A DNA stretch of 64,000 bases, taken from contig NC_087437.1 in assembly GCF_036321535.1 (NCBI RefSeq), positions 49,044,001-49,108,000 of the forward strand. Direction: 5' to 3'. The DNA is from Camelus dromedarius (lineage: Eukaryota). The first letter of the stretch is position 1; every line of letters begins with the position of its first letter. Positions 56,561 to 64,000 of this stretch are shown here, piece by piece. The position numbers and the translations under genes are program-made. The notes below the pieces were generated by a model that was not told where the DNA came from, ran no database searches, and saw only the letters and a list, made by a program, of their open reading frames with translations.

Positions 56561-56698
56561 GGGGGAGGGTATAGCTCAAGTGGTAGAGCGCATGCTTAGC
56601 ATACACAAGGTCCTGGGTTCAATCCCCAGTACTTCCTCTAAAAATAAGTAAATAAATAAACCTAATTACCTCTTTCCCACAAAAATAAATAAATAAAA
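56561..56698 (+). mobile_element. tRNA-Ala-derived SINE (Vic-1 type), first monomer of a dimer
   Basis: A box TAGCTCAAGTGG, B box GGTTCAATCCC and (AAAT)n tail. Confidence 0.92.
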
Positions 56699-56706
56699 TT
56701 TGGTGC

Positions 56707-56841
56707 GGGGAGGGTATAGCTCATACAGTAGAGTGCATGCTTAGCATGCACAAGGTTCCTGGGTTCAATCCCCAGTACCTCCTCTAAAAACATAAAAAAC
56801 TAATTATCTCCTTCGGCAAAAACAAAAAGTTAATTAAAAAA
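56707..56841 (+). mobile_element. tRNA-Ala-derived SINE (Vic-1 type), second monomer of a dimer
   Basis: Same head and body with an altered A box (TAGCTCATACAG); A-rich tail followed by AAGACACGT. Confidence 0.92.
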
Positions 56842-57559
56842 AAGACACGTAATAAATATTTATAGTTACTGTTCATTACAATGTTGCTAAAAATACATAT
56901 TTACTAATTAATATTATATGTTAATAACAGTTGTAAATTGTGCATGTTTATCTGGATTTGCAGTTGCATGTCAGGCTTCTCCTGATATTAATATTGTGAT
57001 TTTTCTTTCTTCTGGAAAGAAACTGTTGGGAAACTTAGATAAATGGTGAATTTCTATTCTTATGGGTGTATATCCATGAGTAAGTAAAAACGTGAAGCAA
57101 CTATGCATTGAATACCTCAGTCTTGTCCTACTGGAGTTGGAGATGACAAAAGGGGTTCATGGGGGGGAAAAGTGTTCTAACATGCATCCCTGCTTTCACA
57201 GAACTGCTGTATTTTGGGGTAGAAAGAGCTAGCAGTTAGTAGACATGAGACAATCAATGTATAATTAACAGTGTAGTGGCAGAGAAGATCAGAGGAGGCG
57301 AGAGTAATTGCAGAAGGAATCTGAGCTGCACTTTGAAGGCCCAGAATGATTTGGATAGATCTAGTCCCCTGATTTCAGTGAGGCCAACAGCATGAGCAGA
57401 AACATGGCTATGACATATGACATGGAATAAGTATGGTATATTTAGAGAATAGTTGAAATAAAGGAGAGTGTAAGTCTAGAGGCAGCATGGGAAGTAGATG
57501 AATTGGTGGTAGTAGTTGAGGTCTTGGTAGTAATGTTATCATTTTTATCATTAATACCT

Positions 57560-57965
57560 AGCACATATTAACCCGAATTATGTGCTAAGCATTAAATTAA
57601 GTTCTTTCATGCATGATTTCAATTAAATCCAACAGCAGGCCCATGTGATAGGTAATATTATTAGTTCCACTCCTCAGATAAGGAAATTAAAGCTTAGCTA
57701 GTTTAAATGAGAGTCAGTAGGGTATGATGGTAAAGAGTGTCAACACTATAGACAGACAGCCTGGGTTTGAATATCAGCTTTATTAATTACCAGCTGTGTG
57801 ACCTTGAACTGTTCATCCACTGTTTTTCTATTTCCTCTTCAGTAAAACAGAGATAATAACAGTACCCAGCTCATGGGGTTATTGTAAGGATCCAATGAGT
57901 TGAATTTACATTTAGATATCCTTTAGAATACTGCTCAGTATATAGTCACATGTTATATAAATGTT
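57560..57965. mobile_element. MIR pair (minus 57560-57710; near full-length plus copy 57714-57965)
   Basis: CAGATAAGGAAATTAAAGCTTAG (minus); CCTGGGTTTGAAT..CAGCTGTGTGACCTTGAAC..GGGTTATTGTAAGGAT (plus). Confidence 0.8.
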
Positions 57966-58529
57966 TGCACTTACTAAGTAAATAACACTTGGATATCAGT
58001 TTTGTGGAAGAAACAGAGAATCTTTATGTGACTACTACTTATGTTAATTACCAGTTAAAACTGAGAGGGTAATATACATAAGTAATTTATATTCATTATA
58101 GAAAAATAGAACATACAAATAAAAAAATGAAAAATCTTTACTATTTCTCATATATAACCACTATTTTTGTATGTTCTTTCAAAATATTTATGAGTATATG
58201 TCACATGACCTGATTTCTCACTTAATAATATTTAGAATTTAGAAACATTTTCAATATCAACAAATAGAGCTATGTATGTGAATATGCTTTGGTTAGAGTT
58301 TGAAAAAGGGAAGAATAAATGAATTTGGATCCACTGGTGGTTAACAATGAGACTTTTTTCTAAATTTCAGATCTGAGCATGTTCTGCCTTTGCTTGGAAA
58401 CCTTTTATAACTTCCCTTTGGCGTGGAATAAAGTCTATGTTTTAAAACATGGCATGCTAAATAAATCCACCATGATTTATTGAGTTCAGTTGACCTTTCT
58501 CACCTCTTTCCCAGCCATGTTCTCATGTA

Positions 58530-58724
58530 CAGTGGTGTACTAGGACACAACAGCATGTGACAGCAGACTTCACATGTCTCTTCTCAGCTCCACATTTTGT
58601 GATGTCATGTTAATAGTTTGAAATTAACCATGGAGGAGTATTTACACCATAGAAACTGGCAAACACTAGAAATTAGTTGTAGTCCCCCCCCAACCCTTAG
58701 TTGAGTATTTATCAGCATTCCATT
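58530..58724. mobile_element. MER63A-like hAT-Blackjack MITE
   Basis: CAGTGGTGTACT start; CCATGGAGGAGTATTTACACCATAGAAACTGGCAAAC core. Confidence 0.75.
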
Positions 58725-59019
58725 ACATATACCCTCAACTCTAGGCATCCTAAACTTCTTAGCATTCCTGATACAGGGTACAACTAAGACATGTAAGCAC
58801 TCAGACAGGGTAATAACTGGTTGCCCCTTCAAACCAATATTTGGTTAACATGCAGTAGCAATGTGTGGGAGGAGTGGGGAAGCAGCCTGCTTGTGGTAGC
58901 GCTCAGCCTCTGTACCTTTGTTCTGAGCAACTTGGTTTTGGCTCAGCACTGCTCACTCTTTACAGTCATGCAAAGCCTGCAGCTAATCCCTCACATATGG
59001 CCCCTCTAAAAGGTTTTAA

Positions 59020-59560
59020 GAAAAGCTTTTCTTTATCCTTAAAGTTCTAAAATATCAGTGATTGGTTCTGACATAGAACTTCTGTTGTCTGTTTTTGAAT
59101 TTGTAAATTCAAGTCTGTTAGGGTTCGGAAAAATATTGTGGTTAATTATTAATAGTTTCTTTCCCCGTGTCTTTTCTTTCTGGAATTCCTGTTTGTCAGA
59201 TTTTAAGATTCCTAGATTGATTCTCTACTTTTTTTTATGTTTTTCTCTTTTTTTTTTTCTATTATTTTGTCTTTTTATTCTACATTCTGGAAGACTTCCT
59301 CAACTCTATCTTCTAAACATCCTATTGAAGTTTTGCTAACATGTTTTTCAAGATTTAAAGAGCTCTTTATTGATCTGTTTTTGTTTCATGGAAGCAATAG
59401 TTTTCCTATCTTTTTTAGGATATTTAATTTTTGCTCTCTGATTTGCCTTGTTTTTAGTTTGTATGTTTGTATCTGTTTGATTTTTTTCTTAGAGGCTTTT
59501 CTTAAATATTTGGTGATTTAGGGCTTCAGTTCATATTTCAAACACAAATTACCAAGGAAA
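59020..59560 (-). mobile_element. Highly decayed L1M fragment (ORF1-side)
   Basis: T-rich; TTCTACATTCTGGAAGACTTCCTCAACTCTATCTTCTAA resembles old L1M minus-strand sequence. Confidence 0.55.
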
Positions 59561-59569
59561 TACTGGGAG

Positions 59570-59572
<3 letters not shown>

Positions 59573-59617
<45 letters not shown>
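59573..59617. repeat. (TG)n microsatellite, about 22 units
   Basis: Direct reading. Confidence 0.95.
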
Positions 59618-59620
<3 letters not shown>

Positions 59621-59834
59621 TGAGCCTGGTATGTGTGTGTAGCAGGGGCAGAATAGGATTTTACATTGATAGGACCCATTGGCTCTTTCATTGGTAAACC
59701 CTTAGATGTCATTACCCATAGGCTTTTGATCCTTAAGCTGGACAGTTTCTCAAGAGAGAAATCATCCAGTATCCTACCTGAAGGAGAAAACCTGACTGCC
59801 CTATTTTTAAGAACTCATCATTAAGTATTTAGGG

Positions 59835-61080
59835 CAGTGGTTCTTCAAATGTGGTCCTTTGACCCCAGAAGTCTCCCAAGATTTTCAGGAGTTCTGAGTC
59901 AATATTATTTTTATGATACTAAGATGGTATTCACCTTTTCACTGCGTTAATATTTGCACTGAGCGTGCAAAAGCAGCCATGGGACAAATTGCTGGTGCCT
60001 TAACACTAATCAGTGTAGTGGCACCAAACTCTACCTGTAGTCACTGTATTCTTAACCACCATACACATATAATTATAATTTTGTATATAAATGTACAAAC
60101 AATAAAGCCAGTTTCACTTAGTCTTTAATGACAGTACAAGTTGTTAATTATTATTTGAATGCACAACTTTTTTTTTTATCCGTGACAAAATGAAAAGTGC
60201 ATAAAATGCTTCTGCAGCATACCAAGTACAATGGTGTCTCAAGGAAAAGCACTTGTGCAATTTGAGTTATAAACTGAAATTTCTGTTTTTCTCCCACAGA
60301 ATACCATTTTTACTTGAAAGAAAGACTTACAAAGGATAGTCATTCTGATGTGGCTATTTGGCAGACATTCTTTCAAAAATGAACAAAATAATCTTGTCAC
60401 TTCGAGAAAAATAATGGGTGGTATTTGTTGCCAATAATAGAATTTGAGTTTTCAAAAGAAAGTTAGAAACTTGGAAAACTTGTATTTCCCAATACCGTGA
60501 TCTTGAAATCTTCCCCAAAAGGGGCTGAGCAATGATCGTCACCAATGTGATTGTTTGCTGTTGTGTAATAAAACATGCCAGTATTTTGAAGATCTGCCTA
60601 AATCAGTACTTAGAAGGTACTGCTTTCCAAGTGGCCAATGCAGAATGTTACAAAATAATGCATCGGTAAAAGTGTAAGGTAAATCAATGGATTTTAATGT
60701 AACAGAGTCAAAAGTTCATTAATATGGTTTCAAATGCTATATTGCAACTCTCCTTTCAGAAACTACCACCCGTTGAGTTTTGGTATAGCATCAAAAATAT
60801 TCATTTATCTAAATAGGTTATTAAAATACTCTTCCCTTTCTAACTATGTCTGTGAGGCTGGATTTTCTTGATATTCTTCTACCAAAACAACATACCAACA
60901 ATAAATAGAATGTGGGAACAAATAGGAGAATCTATTTTCTATTAAGCTAGATATTAAAGATTTATGAAAATGGAAAGCAGTGTCACTCTTCTTGCTATTT
61001 TTTTGGAAAATACAGTTATGCTTCATAAAATGTTATTTATATTAACATATACTAGATTTAGTATTGTTATTTAAATGACA
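59835..61080. mobile_element. hAT-Charlie DNA transposon (Charlie1/1a-like), interrupted by L1
   Basis: Terminus CAGTGGTTCTTCAAATGTGGTCC; internal ATTTGCACTG..GTGCAAAAGCA..TGCTGGTGCCTTA..GTGGCACCAAAC and TTTGGCAGACATT. Confidence 0.85.
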
Positions 61081-61089
61081 ATGTACGTT

Positions 61090-62898
61090 TACCTTGAGGG
61101 ATCCCTTTTCTCCATATCCTCACCATCACTTTTTTGTGTGTGTTAATGATAATAGCCCTTCTGACAGGTGTGAGGTGATATCTCATTGTGGCTTTGATTT
61201 GCATTTTCCTGATGATTAGTGATGTTGAGCATCTTTTAACGTGCCTGTGGCCTTATGTATGACTTCTTTGGAAAAATGTATTCAGATGCCCTGCCCATTT
61301 TTTGATCAGATTGTTTATTTACTGATGTTAAGTTGTATGAGTTCTTTGTATATCTCAGATATTAATCCCTTATCAGATATATTGTTACAAGTATCTTCTC
61401 CCATTCAGTAGATGGCCTTTTCATTTTGTTGATAGTTGCCTTCACTATGTAAAGGCTTTTTAGTTTGATATAGTCCCATTTAAAAATTTTTTGTTTCCCT
61501 TACCTGAGGAGATATACCCCCCAAAATACTACTAAGACTGATGTCAAAGAACATAACTGCCTGTGTTTTCTTCTAGAAGTCTCATGGTTTCAGGTCTTTT
61601 AAGTCTTTAACCATTTTGAATTTGTTTCTGTGTATGGTGTGAGAGAGTAATCGAGTTTAGTTTTTTGCTTGTAGCTGTCCAGTTTTGCCAACACCGTTTA
61701 TTAAGGACACTGGCTCTTTTCTCCATTGTATATTCTTGCCTATTTTGTCATAGATTAATTGCGCATATAAGGGTGGATTCATTTCTGGGCTGTCTACTCT
61801 GTTCCATTGATCTATAGTGTCTTTGTGCTAGTACCGTATAATTTTGATGACTGTAACTTTGTAGTATAGTTGAAATCAGAACGTGTGATACCTCCAGCTT
61901 TGTTCTTCTTCCTCAAGATTGTTTTGACTGTTCAGGGTCTTTTCTATTCCCATACAAATTTCAGAACTATTTGTCCTGGTTCAGTGAAAAATGTTATGGG
62001 TATTTTGATAGTGACTGCATTGAATTTGAAGATTGCCTTAGGTAGTGTGTTCATTTTAACAATATTAATTGTTCTAATCCATGAGCACAGTAAACCTTTT
62101 TATCTCTTTGTGTTGTCCTCAGTTTCTTTCATCAGTGTCTTATAGTTTTCCAAGTACAGGTCTTTTACCACCTCGGTTAGATTTATTCCTAGGTATTTTA
62201 TTCTTTTTGATGCAGTTGTAAATGGGATTGTTTTCTTAATTTCTCTTTCTGGTAGTTTGTTGTTAGTGTATAGAAATGCAACAGGTTTTTGTTATTAATC
62301 TTATATCTTACAGCTTTACTGAATCATTGACAAGTTCCAGTAGTTTTTTGGTGGTGTCTTTAGGATTTTCTGTCTATAGTATCATGTCTTCTACAAATAG
62401 TGACTGTTTTACTTCTTCCTTTCCAATTTGGGTTTCTTTTATTTCTTGTCTGATTGCTGTGGCTAGTGCTTCCAATACTATGTTGAGAAAAGTAGTGAGA
62501 ATAGGCATCCTTGTCTTGTTCCTGATCTTAGAGTAAATGCTTTCAGCTTTTCATAATTGAGTATGATATTAGTTGTGGGATTATTATTTGTGGCTTTTGT
62601 TATGTTGAAGTATGTTCTTTCTATACCGACTTAAAGAATATTTATCATGGATAGATGTTGAATTTTGTCAAAAGGTTTTCTGTATCTATTGAGATGATCA
62701 TATGACTTTTATCCATCAGTTTGTTAATGTGGTGCATCACATTGATTTGCAGATATTGAAACATCATTGCATCCCTAGGATAAATTCCATTGATTGTGGT
62801 GTATGATCCTTTTTAAAAAATGTATGTTAATTTGGTAATTGAAGTATAGTTGATTTACAATATTGTGTTACTTCTAGATGTACAGCAAAGTGATTCAG

Positions 62899-62947
<49 letters not shown>

Positions 62948-64000
62948 TTTTTTTCTTTTTCAGATTCTTTTCCATTATAGGTTATTACAAGAATACAGTT
63001 CCCTGTGCTATACAAGTATGATCCTTTTTTATGTATTGTTGAGTTTAGTTGGCTAATAATTTGTTGAGGATTTTTCCATCTGTATTCATTAGTGATATTG
63101 GCCTGTAATTTTCTTTTTTCATGGTATCTTTGTCTGGTTTTGGTATCAAGATGATGCTGGCCTTGTAGAATGAGTTTGGAAGCATTTCATCCTCTACAAT
63201 TTTTTTGGAATAGTTTGAGAAGGAGAGGTGTTAACTTTTCTCCAAATGTTTGGTAATATTTACCTGTGAAGTCATCTGATCTTTGGTTTGTTGGGAGTGT
63301 TTTTTAATATTACTAATTCAATTTCATTACTGGTGGTTGGTTTGTTTATATTTTCTATTTCTTTCTGGTTCAGTATTAGGAGATTATGAATTGTCCATTT
63401 TTTCTAGGTTGTCCATTTTATTGGCATATACTTTTTTTTGTAGTAATCTCTTGCGATCCTTTGTCTTTCTGTGTTGGCTATAACTTTTCATTTCTCATTT
63501 TATTGATTTTGGGCTTGATGCATCTAGTTAAAAGTTTATCAATTTTGTTTATCTTTTTAATAAATCATCTCTTAATTTCATTGATTTTTCCTACTTCTTT
63601 TGTTTCTATTTTATTTATTTCTGCTCTGATCTTTATGATTTCTTTCCTTTTACTAATGTTGAGGGTTTTTTTTTTTTTTTTTTTTTTGGTTCTTCCTTTT
63701 CTAGTTCCTTTAGGTACAAGGTTAGTTTGTTTATTTGAGATTTTTCTTGTTTCCTGAGGTAAGCTTGTATTGCTATAAACTTCCCTCTTAGAACTGCTTT
63801 ACTGTGTCCCACAGATTTTGGATCATTGTTGTTGTTGTTGTTGTTGTTGTCTCCAGTTATTTTTTTATTTCTTCAGTGTTCCATTTGTTGTTTAGTGGCA
63901 TATTGTTTAGCCTCCACATACTTGTGGCTTTCAGAGGTTTTTTCTTGTCATTAGTTTCTAATCTCATGGCATTGTGGTCAGGAAAGATGCTTGATATGAT
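61090..64000 (-). mobile_element. L1 ORF2 segment running off the window edge; no 3'UTR at its left end
   Basis: Colinear with 46460-49120 (e.g. CTGACAGGTGTGAGGTGATATCTCATTGTGG; TTAGATTTATTCCTAGGTATTTT). Confidence 0.95.
62815..63015 (-). mobile_element. Younger L1 3'-end nested in L1, with an internal (TA)n at 62904-62944
   Basis: ATTGAAGTATAGTTGATTTACAAT...; perfect 14-bp TSD GTATGATCCTTTTT (62801-62814 and 63016-63029); similar to the reverse complement of 33850-33995. Confidence 0.9.

Noticed and set aside
56561..56640. Possible tRNA-Ala(AGC) genes (also at 3907 and 56707)
   Set aside because: All continue into a shared non-tRNA body and A-rich tail and have imperfect stems; they are SINEs.

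Overview
This is mammalian genomic DNA, most likely from a camelid, judging by three copies of a tRNA-Ala-derived Vic-1-type SINE and no ruminant or pig SINEs. It is AT-rich, CpG-poor and dominated by repeats: L1, L2, MIR, MaLR/ERVL solo LTRs and hAT/Tigger DNA transposons. I recognise no intact protein-coding exon. The strong minus-strand bias of the L1 copies suggests a large intron of a + strand gene. The one gene-derived feature is a full-length but decayed processed pseudogene of an eEF1A-family gene (30101-31640, minus strand). Its residues and both UTRs match neither EEF1A1 nor EEF1A2, pointing to a third, oocyte-form-like paralog as the parent. It shares its target site with an adjacent 5'-inverted L1, so the target sequence occurs three times. 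Other points of interest are a possible 3'-truncated L1 5'-end retrocopy, a SINE dimer inside a single TSD, nested L1 insertions and several repeat-free candidate regulatory blocks. Repeat names come from recalled consensus sequences, and boundaries without TSDs are approximate. I see no evidence of a wholly new multi-gene system.
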